A stretch of 64,000 nucleotides of DNA from Alphaproteobacteria bacterium (GTDB taxonomy: Bacteria > Pseudomonadota > Alphaproteobacteria > UBA8366 > GCA-2717185), in assembly GCA_028822585.1 (NCBI GenBank), contig JAPKDL010000001.1:1407-65406 (forward strand), in the 5' to 3' direction. This document shows, in pieces, positions 9,192 to 19,161 of this stretch. Made by a program: the position numbers and the translations under genes. The notes beneath the pieces were generated by a model. That model did not search any database and was not told the DNA's origin. It saw nothing but the letters and a program-made list of their open reading frames with translations. Each line of letters starts with the position of its first letter. Within the stretch, counting starts at the first letter, position 1.

Positions 9192-9809
9192 ATGCGTGCC
9201 ATTCTTCTTACCTTCCTTCTTGTTGCGCCCGGTGCCGAAATTGGCATGGGAATCCCAGCGACATCAGGCCTGAAAGGGGCCGAATGGGTGGTCGCTGTTT
9301 CCGTTGTCGATGGCGACACGCTTGTCCTGGACGGGGGGTGGCGGGCGACAGGTTCGACTCGTCGGCATCCAGGCACCCAAATTGCTCCTTGGGCGCCGGA
9401 ACTTCAAGGCCTGGTCGCTTGCGGAGTCGTCGAAAAAAGCGCTGGAACGGCTCTCGCTCGGGAAACGACTGAAATTACCCTATGGCGGCGCCTGCATCGA
9501 CCTCCATGGCCGCGCGTCTTGGCCCATCTGCAGGATGACTCTGATGTGTGGATCCAGGGTGCGTAGTTGAGCGAAGGCGATGCCCGGCGCAACCGGCGTG
9601 GTATATGGGGTCATAAATTTTACGCCGTCCGCACGCCTAAATCCGTGCGGGTGCGCAAAATTATTTACCTGAATTTTTGCGAAAACTGGCGCGATGAATT
9701 CACCATCACGTTGAACGGGCGGGCGCGACGGATGTTCCTTATGTCCGAATTGGATCTGGGAACATGGGCCGGAAAACCCGTCCGCGTGCGCGGCTGGGTC
9801 AAATCCTGA
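9192..9809 (+). pseudogene. Thermonuclease (SNase-like) family gene, disrupted
   Basis: Homologous text is spread over frames. VVDGDTLVLDGG is in frame 3. RQVRLVGIQAPK...KAWSLAESSKKALERL...DLHGR is in frame 1. VLAHLQDDSDVWIQGA returns to frame 3, then an in-frame TAG (9564-9566), then ARRNRRGIWGHKFYAVRTP. The first shift is at a G6 run near 9336. Confidence 0.7.
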
Positions 9810-9919
9810 AACAGCCCGATGATCAACGCCAGTCATCGGGAACAAACCGAAGTGTTGGCGAGGTGAAGCGTTCGTTGCATAGTCATTACGTCACGCCACA
9901 ATAGAATCAGGAGATCATC

Positions 9920-11395
9920 TTGCCGCTCAGTCGTCGTCATTTTTGCGGGTTGTTGGCGTCTACGGGCGCGGCGAGTTTTTGTGGGGGATGCGCGGTTAAC
10001 CCCGCGACTGGTAAACAGGATTTGATCCTGGTCGGTGCGGGGGACGAAAAGATGATAGGCCTGCGCGAACACCCGAAAATCCTGGCCCAGTTTGGCGGCG
10101 TCTATGACGATCCGTCCGTCGCGGGTTATGTCGCCAGTATTGGCGGGCGGCTGGCGGCGGCGACGGAAACGCCGGGTCTTGGCTTCACCTTCACTTTGTT
10201 GAACAGCCCGGTGGTTAACGCCTTCGCCCTGCCTGGCGGTTATGTTTACATCACGCGCGGTCTGATGGCGTTGGCCCAGAACGAAGCCGAGCTCGCTGGA
10301 GTGTTGGGCCATGAAATCGGCCACGTCGTCGCCCGGCATTCGGCGCAACGAAGGAGCAAGGCCATGATGGCGCAATTGGGCGTCGGTCTGTTGGGCGTGG
10401 CCGTCGGTGGGCCAAGTTCGCAATTGGCGGGCGGCGTCGCCGGGCTTTACCTGAAAAGCTATTCCCGAGATCAGGAATTTGAAGCCGATATGTTGGGCGG
10501 CCGGTACATGACGCGCGCCGGGTATGATGCGCGCGCCATGGCGACATTCCTTCGCGGATTGCGCGCTAGTTCACGGCTGGACGCCAAAATCGACGGGCGA
10601 TCGCCCGGAGAGATTGATGCGTTCAATATCACCGCGACTCACCCCCGGACGCTTGAACGAGTGCGACGTGCCGTCTCACGCAGTCAGAACAGGGGAGGTC
10701 GCCAGGGGCGCACCGGTCGGGACGATTATTTAAACACGTTGGACGGCATGATTTTTGGCGACGGGCCGGAACAGGGTTACGTGCAGGGTCAAAAATTTGC
10801 CCATCCAAAGCTGCGGTTTGAATTTACGGTTCCTCCCGGGTTCACCTTGCGAAACAATTTGAAAAGACTAACTGCAACCTCCCGAAAAACCGGCGCCACG
10901 ATTGTATTTGACGCCGCCCCGGAACTTTTTCAGGGTGCCATGACGGCTTATCTCGAAAACCGTTGGGCGCGCGGTGCCCGAGTCCAGCAATTGGAACGGA
11001 TCACCGTCAACGGCATGCCAGGCGCCACAGCGCAACTGCGTGGCAATGGCCCCAAGGGATCGTTGGTTATTCGATTGATCGCCATCCGGTTTAACGCACG
11101 GTCAATTTATCGGTTCCTGTTTGCAGCGTCGCCATCAGCAATGCGATCCCTATCCGCCGCCCTTCAACGCGCGATGTACAGCTTCCGACGCCTGACGCCG
11201 GTTGAAACCAAACGCCTAAAACCGAGAATTATTTCCATTGTTGAGACTGACCCGGGCGCATCACCTGAACACCTGGGTCGCCGCATGGCATTCACAAATT
11301 TTCAACGCGAACGTTTCAATGTTCTCAATGGCTTGGAAGACGCAACGCAACGCACGCCTGATGGCCGAGTAAAGTTAGTGGTTCGCACCAGATAG
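9920..11395 (+). CDS. M48-family zinc metalloprotease (lipoprotein-type signal)
   Basis: HExxH motif in LGHEIGHVVARH. N-terminal LLASTGAASFCGGC lipobox-like signal. TTG start 6 nt after AGGAG. Confidence 0.85.
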   Translation: MPLSRRHFCGLLASTGAASFCGGCAVNPATGKQDLILVGAGDEKMIGLREHPKILAQFGGVYDDPSVAGYVASIGGRLAAATETPGLGFTFTLLNSPVVNAFALPGGYVYITRGLMALAQNEAELAGVLGHEIGHVVARHSAQRRSKAMMAQLGVGLLGVAVGGPSSQLAGGVAGLYLKSYSRDQEFEADMLGGRYMTRAGYDARAMATFLRGLRASSRLDAKIDGRSPGEIDAFNITATHPRTLERVRRAVSRSQNRGGRQGRTGRDDYLNTLDGMIFGDGPEQGYVQGQKFAHPKLRFEFTVPPGFTLRNNLKRLTATSRKTGATIVFDAAPELFQGAMTAYLENRWARGARVQQLERITVNGMPGATAQLRGNGPKGSLVIRLIAIRFNARSIYRFLFAASPSAMRSLSAALQRAMYSFRRLTPVETKRLKPRIISIVETDPGASPEHLGRRMAFTNFQRERFNVLNGLEDATQRTPDGRVKLVVRTR

Positions 11396-11411
11396 CCGAC
11401 CTGACGACTAC

Positions 11412-12338
11412 CTATTGAGCGTCCACCAACAAGTCGGAAATCGTACTGGTTTTATGGGCTAATAGATCCCGGATTTTGCTAAGTGCGCGGTTTTCCAATT
11501 GCCGAACGCGCTCCTTACTGACGCCAAGCCGCCGCCCTAGTTGTTCCAGCGTGTCGCCATCATCGCGCAGTCGCCGCCGCTTTATGATCAGTTGTTCACG
11601 CGGGCCGAGCGTGTCCAGCGCTTCGTGCAGCCACTGGGAACGTATTTCCATGCTTTTGAGCGTAACGGTGGCCGATTCTGGAGTCGGCGCCAAATCGGGC
11701 AGAAATTCCATCCAGTCGCCACTGCCTTCCTCGGAAATTGGGGCGTTCAAGGATTTATCACCGGCCACCAAACGGTTTTCCATAGATTCGACGTCATTGA
11801 TCGACACCTTCAATTGATCGGCGATGTAACGTCGATTGGTGTCCGACATTTGCGTTGCGGACGGTTTTTCTATTTTCGCCCGCAAGCGGCGCAAATTAAA
11901 GAAAAGCGATTTCTGCGCCGCCGTCGTACCAGTGCGGACGATAGACCAATTGCGCAGAATATAATCCTGCATAGCGGACCGTATCCACCATGTGGCGTAG
12001 GTGGAAAACCGTACATTGCGTTCCGGGTCAAACCGGGCGGCGGCTTGCATCAGGCCAATATTGCCTTCTTGTACAAGATCGCCAATCGGCAAACCGTAAT
12101 TGCGGAATTTGGTTGCGGCGCTGACGACTAATCGCGCATAGGCTTGAACCAATTGATGCAAAGCCGCTTCGTCGGCGTCGTCGCGCCAACGCCGCGCCAA
12201 GTCGAATTCGGTTTCTCGCTCTAGCATCGGCGCGCGCATCACCGACTTGAAGTAACGCAGATTAGCTTTTTGAGTCTGAGGGTCATCAATATGCACCATT
12301 GTCCTTGACCCTTCCCTTTTCCTGAATAGCCCTGCCAT
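11412..12338 (-). CDS. rpoH: RNA polymerase sigma-32 (heat-shock sigma factor)
   Basis: Region 2 DLVQEGNIGLMQAAARFDP, RpoH-box-like QKSLFFNLRRLRAKI, region 4.2 LGVSKERVRQLENRAL. The start could instead be ATG 12299. Confidence 0.9.
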   Translation of the reverse strand: MAGLFRKREGSRTMVHIDDPQTQKANLRYFKSVMRAPMLERETEFDLARRWRDDADEAALHQLVQAYARLVVSAATKFRNYGLPIGDLVQEGNIGLMQAAARFDPERNVRFSTYATWWIRSAMQDYILRNWSIVRTGTTAAQKSLFFNLRRLRAKIEKPSATQMSDTNRRYIADQLKVSINDVESMENRLVAGDKSLNAPISEEGSGDWMEFLPDLAPTPESATVTLKSMEIRSQWLHEALDTLGPREQLIIKRRRLRDDGDTLEQLGRRLGVSKERVRQLENRALSKIRDLLAHKTSTISDLLVDAQ

Positions 12339-12474
12339 TTAATAACCTAGGTATATAGTAGGTTATAACATTGGGTCTGACGCTTGTGAACCGTAAAACG
12401 TACTAAATTGGTCTTGTTTAATTCTATTAAGAATGAAGGGTTTTATATTAATAAATGCGGCTGCCGACTCGGTG

Positions 12475-13287
12475 TCAGGCTTCGAGGCTACCTATAATTT
12501 CGCCAGCAGGCGACAAACAGACGGCAATCAAGGACCCACCGAACCCGCAACCGCCATCGACCGTCATGGCCATGCCAGAGTCGTTGAAACCGCCATGATT
12601 GGCATCATACCCCCGAAACATCCGGCTGAATCCGTCATATGGTTTCGCAATGCTGTTAAAACTGCCGCCGGTCCACCAGAATTCATCGGTTTGCGCCGCC
12701 AGTGGCTGGGTTTCGTCTAATCCGGCGTTCACAAACAACAAGGATTTGTCATCAGTATAGGCGGCGCGTTTCAAGGCGCTCATAAAGGCACTATGGCCAG
12801 ACGCCGCGTTAAAGGCGTCGCGCAACGCGCTGGTCCAACCGCCCAAGGCGATTGTTCCATCTCCCGCGAACGCTATTCCCTGCGCAGGGTCGCCCCCATA
12901 GGCGCGAATGGTTTCATTGACGCCTCTCGCCAACAACCATTCAAGCGTTTCCAAAGGTTTGACGGAAAATTGAAGTTGCAGCAATTTATGCCACATCTCT
13001 TCCTGACTGCCGCGAAGGAAGGTGACGTCATCGCTGTCCATATAAGGTGGGATGGTCAGGAAGAGACGGCGAAACCGAAGGAGTTCATCCACCGTTTCCC
13101 GGATCGAATCGCTATATCCCAGGTAATTGCCTAGATATATAAGTCGATCACCGAAACGTAATTCTGGCGTCATCTTTTCATGTAATCGGGACAGACGTTC
13201 GACTTCGCCATGCACCGCGCCAACGGCCCAGATACGCGCCGCATTTCGAATGACGGTAAATTTGCTCGAATCCGGCATCACGGTCAC
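12475..13287 (-). CDS. Metallophosphoesterase-family protein (calcineurin-like fold)
   Basis: 270-aa ORF with GTG start. IWAVGAVHGE and GDRLIYLGNYLGYS resemble phosphoesterase motifs I/II, but the first motif lacks the canonical D-x-H. Family-level call only. Confidence 0.55.
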   Translation of the reverse strand: MTVMPDSSKFTVIRNAARIWAVGAVHGEVERLSRLHEKMTPELRFGDRLIYLGNYLGYSDSIRETVDELLRFRRLFLTIPPYMDSDDVTFLRGSQEEMWHKLLQLQFSVKPLETLEWLLARGVNETIRAYGGDPAQGIAFAGDGTIALGGWTSALRDAFNAASGHSAFMSALKRAAYTDDKSLLFVNAGLDETQPLAAQTDEFWWTGGSFNSIAKPYDGFSRMFRGYDANHGGFNDSGMAMTVDGGCGFGGSLIAVCLSPAGEIIGSLEA

Positions 13288-13345
13288 ATCGCCCCAAACA
13301 GGCGGCAGTTTCCTTTATAGATTATGCGCATCTAGGCGTCCTGAT

Positions 13346-13370
13346 CGTGAAATTCAATTTGAATTTCACG
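13346..13370. promoter_or_regulatory. Perfect 25-bp palindrome, candidate operator
   Basis: CGTGAAATTCAA-T-TTGAATTTCACG has 12-bp arms that are exact reverse complements. It lies 59-83 nt upstream of the metallophosphoesterase GTG and downstream of carD. Confidence 0.4.
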
Positions 13371-13518
13371 TGAATCATCATATTAACTTATTAAATCACG
13401 CGTGTTCCAGTTGACAAATTCCGTCTCATTTTATGGGACGGGTTTCCGAATCATCTTACTAGAGACAGACGACAAACCAATCGACGACGTTCTCTGGGGC
13501 CCAGGAACAGACGCTGAC

Positions 13519-14028
13519 TTAGGCCGCTTGCAACACGGTTTCCAGTTGCTCCACCGCCGAATCTTCGTCGAGATTTTCGACAGCGGCGAATTCACGCATC
13601 AACCGGTCGAAGGCGGCCTGATAGATTTGCCGTTCGCTATACGATTGATCCGGTTGCCCGGCGTTGCGGTGCAAATCGCGCACAACCTCGGCAATTGAAA
13701 TGGGGTTGCCGGAATTAATCTTCGCTTCGTATTCCTGCGCCCGTCGGCTCCACATGGTGCGCCGTACCCGGCTACGGCCCTTCAACGTCTTGATGGCGCG
13801 GTCCATTTGGTTTTTTGTGGACAAAGGTCGCAACCCGGATGAATCCGCTTTAGTTTTAGGGACTCGCAATGTCATGCGATCTTTTTCGAAATCGATCACA
13901 ATAAGCTCCAGGTTGTGCCCGGCAATTTCCTGATCTTCGAACCCTTTGATCAACCCAACGCCGTGCGCGGGATAAACGACATGGTCACCTTTACTAAACT
14001 GTGGCGTTGGATCTTTTGTTTCGCTCAT
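13519..14028 (-). CDS. carD: CarD-family transcriptional regulator (CdnL-like)
   Basis: N-terminal KGDHVVYPAHGVGLIKGFEDQEIAG (RNAP-interacting CarD/TRCF domain). 169 aa. Confidence 0.9.
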   Translation of the reverse strand: MSETKDPTPQFSKGDHVVYPAHGVGLIKGFEDQEIAGHNLELIVIDFEKDRMTLRVPKTKADSSGLRPLSTKNQMDRAIKTLKGRSRVRRTMWSRRAQEYEAKINSGNPISIAEVVRDLHRNAGQPDQSYSERQIYQAAFDRLMREFAAVENLDEDSAVEQLETVLQAA

Positions 14029-14290
14029 TCGTCCCGCATACCTTCACATAAATTCAACAGAAACGCCGCGCCTACACAATGCAGGTGCCCAAAGCCATTT
14101 CGCGTTGATAGAATCATCACCATGTCAGAATTCATCCTCGCGACCGGCGATATGTCAGACAAAAATTAAACCTTATGTATCTTCATGCTTTCGAAAGGCA
14201 TACCACAAAATTACCTTAAATTCTAGGCTCTCTCGAAATTTTTTTGAATCTAGTAGCAGTCATCTAAAACTTTGATTTTTAATCCAAAAA

Positions 14291-14905
14291 TCACATGTTC
14301 TCGACCATCGCGGACAAACGCCGCACTCCGACGTCGTCGACGCCCAATGCCGTCAAATGCGACATTGTGTTGGCGAGGTATTCAATATTGGCACCGCCAA
14401 CACCCATGCCTTGGCGAATTAACCGAGATTTTTCCAATAATGACAACCGCCCCGCATATTGTTCGTGCAGGCGGTTGGCGATGAAGGTGCGAGAGAGCAC
14501 CAACCGATCTGACAGCCGAATTTGAACGATGCGCGGCTCATAGACGTTGTAGATCATTTCCCGGTCCCACAGGTAATTCAGCACTGGCCGCGCCAATTCG
14601 GGGCGCAGTCGATACGCCACACCCTGACATGATCCGCCGCGATCCAGCCCGAGCACCAGACCAGGGCGTTCAACGGTGCCCCGATAATATTCTGAATAAA
14701 CGCAAAATGACCGGTGATACCCGTGTAGTAACGCCGGGCGCCGTTCTTCGTAGTCGAACCCTGGATCCCATAACAGCGACCCGTATCCATAAACCCACAC
14801 TTCATCGTCATCGCCAATTTCGTACATCCGGTCTCGTAACGCTTGAAGCCGCGCTGAATTGGCGACCGGGCGCGTAGGGGGATCGGGACGGGAATTGGTT
14901 GCCAC
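14291..14905 (-). CDS. chaC: Gamma-glutamylcyclotransferase, ChaC family
   Basis: VWVYGYGSLLWDPGFDYEE...LHGYHRSFCVYS motif pattern of ChaC. Confidence 0.8.
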   Translation of the reverse strand: MATNSRPDPPTRPVANSARLQALRDRMYEIGDDDEVWVYGYGSLLWDPGFDYEERRPALLHGYHRSFCVYSEYYRGTVERPGLVLGLDRGGSCQGVAYRLRPELARPVLNYLWDREMIYNVYEPRIVQIRLSDRLVLSRTFIANRLHEQYAGRLSLLEKSRLIRQGMGVGGANIEYLANTMSHLTALGVDDVGVRRLSAMVENM

Positions 14906-14971
14906 GTTAAATGTCCTGAACGGTTCACTTTGCTTGAAGGAACGGTTCGCCTTATAAGTTAAAGGATACTA

Positions 14972-16129
14972 GTGGGGCAACTGATCAATAGGTTGGTGGG
15001 CTGTTTCACGAAAGGCTTGGAAACCAAGCGTTTCGACCAGACCATTGGGAGCGCCAAGATTTTTCGAAATTTTATACGCACTTCAATACTTGTTTTTGTA
15101 ATCGCTGCCGCCGGGTATAGCGGATATTGGCTGTACGCCCGATCCGTTGGCGAACGCATCGTTCTGGAATGGATCGACGCACGGCGCAACGCCGGTTATC
15201 GCATCGAACATGCACCGGTCGCGATGGACGGATTTCCCTTTCTGGTGCGGGCTACTTTGGATGCTCCTTTGGTCGCCTCAATTGCCCCAAAAGATGTGGC
15301 GGGGTGGACTTGGCGTGCAGGCCAGATAACCGTGGAGACGCTGCTCTGGAGATTGGACCAATTTCGCATTGATATACGCGGCGTCCAAACGGTGACCCTT
15401 ACTGGCTCCGGGGTTAGCCCTGGCGCCGCCAATCCGCAAATCCATCGCTTTGTCGGAGAGACTTTTGGGGTGACGCGTTTGCGGCAGGGGCAGCCCGAGA
15501 ATGTCGCCATCATAGCCCGAAAATTTAACTGGCGCGGGCCCGATGGCGCAACGTTATTAACCGGAAAAAATTTGTCGATATGGGCGGTGGCGCCAAAAAA
15601 ATTACCAGAAATACATACCGATCCTCTGTTCTCCGTTTCCATAAATGGCGCTGATTTGACTTTGCCCGACGGCACCACCGCGCCATTTGGACGCCACATC
15701 AAAAGTCTGCAAGGCACCGCAAGGGTGCTGGGGCGGGTCCAACTAGGCGCGCCCGAGGCTGCAATTGAAGCCTGGCGGCGTGGCGGCGGCACCGTCAATA
15801 TCAACGACACTCACATTATCTGGGGGCCGCTGGACATGAAGGTATCCGGGACTCTGGCGCTGGACGATCAAGCCCGACCGTTAGGGGCTTTTACCGCCTA
15901 CATTCGCGGCTTCACCCATGTCGTGGACGCTTTGGTCGTGAGTGGAGATATCGATTATGGCGCGGCGACAATGGCGAAAATTGGTCTGGGTCTTCTGGCC
16001 AAGCCCGCAGCAGATGGCGGCCCGCCAGTTTTATCGGTTCCGTTGACCGCACAAAACGGGCGACTTTACGCCGGGCCGCTCAAGATTCTGAATCTACCTC
16101 CGCTTCGTCTTCCTGTTCGGTTGCCTTGA
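14972..16129 (+). CDS. Membrane-anchored hypothetical protein (possibly DUF2125-like)
   Basis: 385-aa ORF with one N-terminal TM helix (ILVFVIAAAGYSGYWLY). No catalytic motif recognised. Its 3' end overlaps the convergent tyrC 3' end by 50 nt. Confidence 0.5.
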   Translation: MGQLINRLVGCFTKGLETKRFDQTIGSAKIFRNFIRTSILVFVIAAAGYSGYWLYARSVGERIVLEWIDARRNAGYRIEHAPVAMDGFPFLVRATLDAPLVASIAPKDVAGWTWRAGQITVETLLWRLDQFRIDIRGVQTVTLTGSGVSPGAANPQIHRFVGETFGVTRLRQGQPENVAIIARKFNWRGPDGATLLTGKNLSIWAVAPKKLPEIHTDPLFSVSINGADLTLPDGTTAPFGRHIKSLQGTARVLGRVQLGAPEAAIEAWRRGGGTVNINDTHIIWGPLDMKVSGTLALDDQARPLGAFTAYIRGFTHVVDALVVSGDIDYGAATMAKIGLGLLAKPAADGGPPVLSVPLTAQNGRLYAGPLKILNLPPLRLPVRLP

Positions 16130-17057
16130 ACGTTCCGGCCTGGCGCATGTCAATGACGCCGCGCCGGATCGCGCGGGTGCGTTCGAATAAATCGTGCAGG
16201 GAATCCCCTTCACCCCACCGGATCGCGCGTTGCAACGCTGTCAAATCTTCGGTGAAACGTCCCAGAATCTCCAGGACGGCTTCGCGATTGTTCAGGAAAA
16301 TGTCCCGCCACATGACCGGGTCGGACGCGGCAATTCGCGTGAAGTCGCGAAATCCGCCCGCCGAATATTTGATGACCTCGCTAGTCAGAATTTCTTCTTT
16401 GCTCGCCGCAGCTTCCCGGCTGATATGTTCTTCCAGATCACTGGCCGTGCCGACGATGCTGTAGGCGATCAAATGCGGTAAATGAGACGTGATCGCCAAT
16501 ACCCGGTCGTGATGCTTGGGGTCCATCAACTCCACATCGCTGCCCACGCGCCGCCACAGTTCCGACACGGCTGCCACCGCGCGTTTATCCGCGCCAGGCG
16601 GTGGTGTTAAAATACAATACCGGCCTTCAAACAATTCCGGAAAGCCAGATTCTGGACCGGAATGTTCAGTGCCCGCAACTGGGTGACCGGGGACAAGATG
16701 CACGCCTTCGGGTAACAACGGGCCAACATCGCGGATGACCGCCATCTTGACTGACCCGACATCGGTAACGATAGCACCCGGTTTCAAGGCGGGTGCGATG
16801 GCCGCTGCGACATCGGCAATGACCCCGACAGGGGTGCAAATGACAATTAAATCAGCGCCGGTGACGGCGTCGACTGGGTCGACTGACGCGCTGTCCACAA
16901 AGCCAATTTCCAACGCGGTGGCGCAGGTTTTGGCGCTCCTGGCGCTGCCCGCGACATGGCCCGCAAGCCCTTCGCGCTTCATGACGTGGCCCAACGACGA
17001 CCCGATTAACCCAAGGCCAATCAAGGCGACGCGGTCAAATAATGGTTTTTTACTCAT
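16080..17057 (-). CDS. tyrC: Prephenate/arogenate (cyclohexadienyl) dehydrogenase
   Basis: NAD-binding VALIGLGLIGSSLG, and HPVAGTEHSG typical of TyrA/TyrC. ATG 17057 overlaps the hisC stop (ATGA). Confidence 0.85.
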   Translation of the reverse strand: MSKKPLFDRVALIGLGLIGSSLGHVMKREGLAGHVAGSARSAKTCATALEIGFVDSASVDPVDAVTGADLIVICTPVGVIADVAAAIAPALKPGAIVTDVGSVKMAVIRDVGPLLPEGVHLVPGHPVAGTEHSGPESGFPELFEGRYCILTPPPGADKRAVAAVSELWRRVGSDVELMDPKHHDRVLAITSHLPHLIAYSIVGTASDLEEHISREAAASKEEILTSEVIKYSAGGFRDFTRIAASDPVMWRDIFLNNREAVLEILGRFTEDLTALQRAIRWGEGDSLHDLFERTRAIRRGVIDMRQAGTFKATEQEDEAEVDSES

Positions 17058-18145
17058 GCGGTCGTATTCCGAAATTCTGTCAGCGCCGCGGTAACGCGCT
17101 TGTTTTCGTCTTCCAACCCGATGGTGATCCGCAAGCATTCCGGGAGGCCATACCCACCCATGGCGCGAACGACGACGCCGGCCGCCTCCAGCGCCGCGCT
17201 GGCGGCGGCGGCAATCACCGCATCATCGAATCGCACAAGAATAAAATTCCCAACCGAGGGATGCACGGTGAGGCCGATATCGGTCAGCGCCTGGGTCAAC
17301 CATGGCAGCCATTCGTCGTTATGCGCACGGCTACGGTCCATATGTGTGATATCATTTATGGCGGCCAATCCGGCAGCCTGTGCGGCGGCGCTGACATTGA
17401 ACGGGCCGCGCACCCGATTCAGGACACCGGCGACGTCGGGTGGGCAATACGCCCACCCCAATCGCAAGGCGGCCAGTCCAAAAATTTTGGAAAACGTACG
17501 CAGCATTACCACATTGCGGCCCGCTTCGACCATCTCTGCGCCCGCCGCATAATCGTTGCGGGAAACATATTCCGCATAAGCGGAATCAACCACGAGCAGG
17601 ATATCGTCGCGCAAACCGTCGCGCAGTCGTTGCAGTTCATCGCTGGAAATATAACTGCCAGTTGGATTGTTCGGGTTGGCGACAAACGCCATGCGCGTCT
17701 TGTCTGTGACGGCGGCTAGCAACGCGTCCACATCCGTGGTGTAATTGGCTTCGGGCGCAAAGACAGGCGTGGCACCGACGGACTGGGCGGAAATGGGATA
17801 CATCAAGAAGCCGTGGCGGCTGAGCAACACTTCATCGTTAGGTCCAGCATAGGACCGGATCAACAGCGCGATTAATTCATCTGACCCGGCGCCGCAGACG
17901 ATGTTCGCAGGGTCACATCCAAAACGTTCACCGATGGCGGCGCGTATATCCGCTGAATCGCCATCGGGATACCGATGGAGTTCTTCCGCCAAATTGTTAA
18001 ACGCCTTTATCGCATCGGGGCTGGGGCCAAGCGGCGTTTCGTTCGCCGACAACACCACGACATTGGAAACCCCCTCGACCGCATGGCCGCCGCCGACATA
18101 AGGCTGGATGGCCATGATTCCGGGACGAGGGCGCGGCGCCGACAT
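17054..18145 (-). CDS. hisC: Histidinol-phosphate aminotransferase
   Basis: IQPYVGG, LSANETPLGPSP, YPDG, and PLP-lysine context LRTFSKIFGLAALRLGW. ATG 18145 overlaps the upstream stop (TAATG). Confidence 0.9.
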   Translation of the reverse strand: MSAPRPRPGIMAIQPYVGGGHAVEGVSNVVVLSANETPLGPSPDAIKAFNNLAEELHRYPDGDSADIRAAIGERFGCDPANIVCGAGSDELIALLIRSYAGPNDEVLLSRHGFLMYPISAQSVGATPVFAPEANYTTDVDALLAAVTDKTRMAFVANPNNPTGSYISSDELQRLRDGLRDDILLVVDSAYAEYVSRNDYAAGAEMVEAGRNVVMLRTFSKIFGLAALRLGWAYCPPDVAGVLNRVRGPFNVSAAAQAAGLAAINDITHMDRSRAHNDEWLPWLTQALTDIGLTVHPSVGNFILVRFDDAVIAAAASAALEAAGVVVRAMGGYGLPECLRITIGLEDENKRVTAALTEFRNTTA

Positions 18146-18957
18146 TACGACTCCGCCTCGGGAAGGACCCCTGCCGGGGCCGCGTAAACACCCACCAGAA
18201 ATCCGTCGTCCAGAGCGTCGAGTCGTGCATCTGTGCCGGTTAAAAATTCGTCGACTTCCGCCAAATAATGCGTCGCGTCTGACACCAGACAATGTCCCGT
18301 AAACCCTGCTGCGCTGAGCGTTGCGTCCGCCGCAGTCGCGTTGGCGGAGGAAAAGCTGACCAGCGAGCGGTCATCATCGGTCGCGTCCGGCGTAATGCAA
18401 GCGATGGCGTAGGCGTCAACAGGCCCGGGCAGTGCATTGCTGCCTGACGCGAAGGGAAGGGAAGACACGACGCGCGGGCGGTCCTTGTTACACAACAGCC
18501 GCCACCAGGAATTTCCCCCTTCAACAGGTGCCGGCAAGATACCCACAGCGTCCTGGCCCGACGCAACCCGGTCAATTATCGCGGCGGCATCGTCCAAGCG
18601 GGTCATCGGCACGCGGCTGCCAAAATGGTCGCGCGCCAAATCCCAACACCGCAGATTGTCCGGCGCCGCATATACAGCAACGGGCAACGGCGCCTGCATC
18701 GAGGCGTAAGCGGGGATCATTTCGCGCCAGATGCGTAAGAGGGATTGCCGAGGGAATTTACCTTCATGGCGCGCTAGGAGTTTCCGCAGCACCATCGCTT
18801 CGCGGCCTGGTGCAAAAACGGCGGTATTGGAGCGCCCTTTCACCCGGCCAACATTTTCCACGACTTTGGCGCGCCGCATGAGCAGCCCATGCAAGGCGGT
18901 GTCAATCTCATCAATCTCGCGGCGCAAGGCGTCGAGGGCGTCGTTGGTGCCAGTCAT
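18145..18957 (-). CDS. Chorismate mutase (AroQ-type N-terminal domain with C-terminal extension)
   Basis: LDALRREIDEIDTALHGLLMRRAKVVENV...REAMVLRKL helix pattern of AroQ mutases. First gene of a translationally coupled CM-hisC-tyrC string. Confidence 0.75.
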   Translation of the reverse strand: MTGTNDALDALRREIDEIDTALHGLLMRRAKVVENVGRVKGRSNTAVFAPGREAMVLRKLLARHEGKFPRQSLLRIWREMIPAYASMQAPLPVAVYAAPDNLRCWDLARDHFGSRVPMTRLDDAAAIIDRVASGQDAVGILPAPVEGGNSWWRLLCNKDRPRVVSSLPFASGSNALPGPVDAYAIACITPDATDDDRSLVSFSSANATAADATLSAAGFTGHCLVSDATHYLAEVDEFLTGTDARLDALDDGFLVGVYAAPAGVLPEAES

Positions 18958-19161
18958 ATCGTGTATTTGCAGTTGTTTTCAGATCAGACGTCCCACATGG
19001 GGCGCGGCGACTAGGTTTAGAGCCCAACGACCTATAAATCAAAGAAAACATTGACACCATCGCTGCTTAAAACCTAGTTATGCGTCTCTCAATCAATCGT
19101 AAGATGGCGTAGTCTCCCGCCTTGGACGCAAATGTGGGGCCATGCCAATGGAAAAGGGGCG

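Noticed and set aside
18958-19161. SAM-II (metA/metX-type) riboswitch in the leader of metX.
   Set aside because: The location is right for Alphaproteobacteria. However, I could not identify the conserved pseudoknot elements by eye. An Infernal scan with the SAM-II and SAM-V models would decide this. It is not claimed as a feature.
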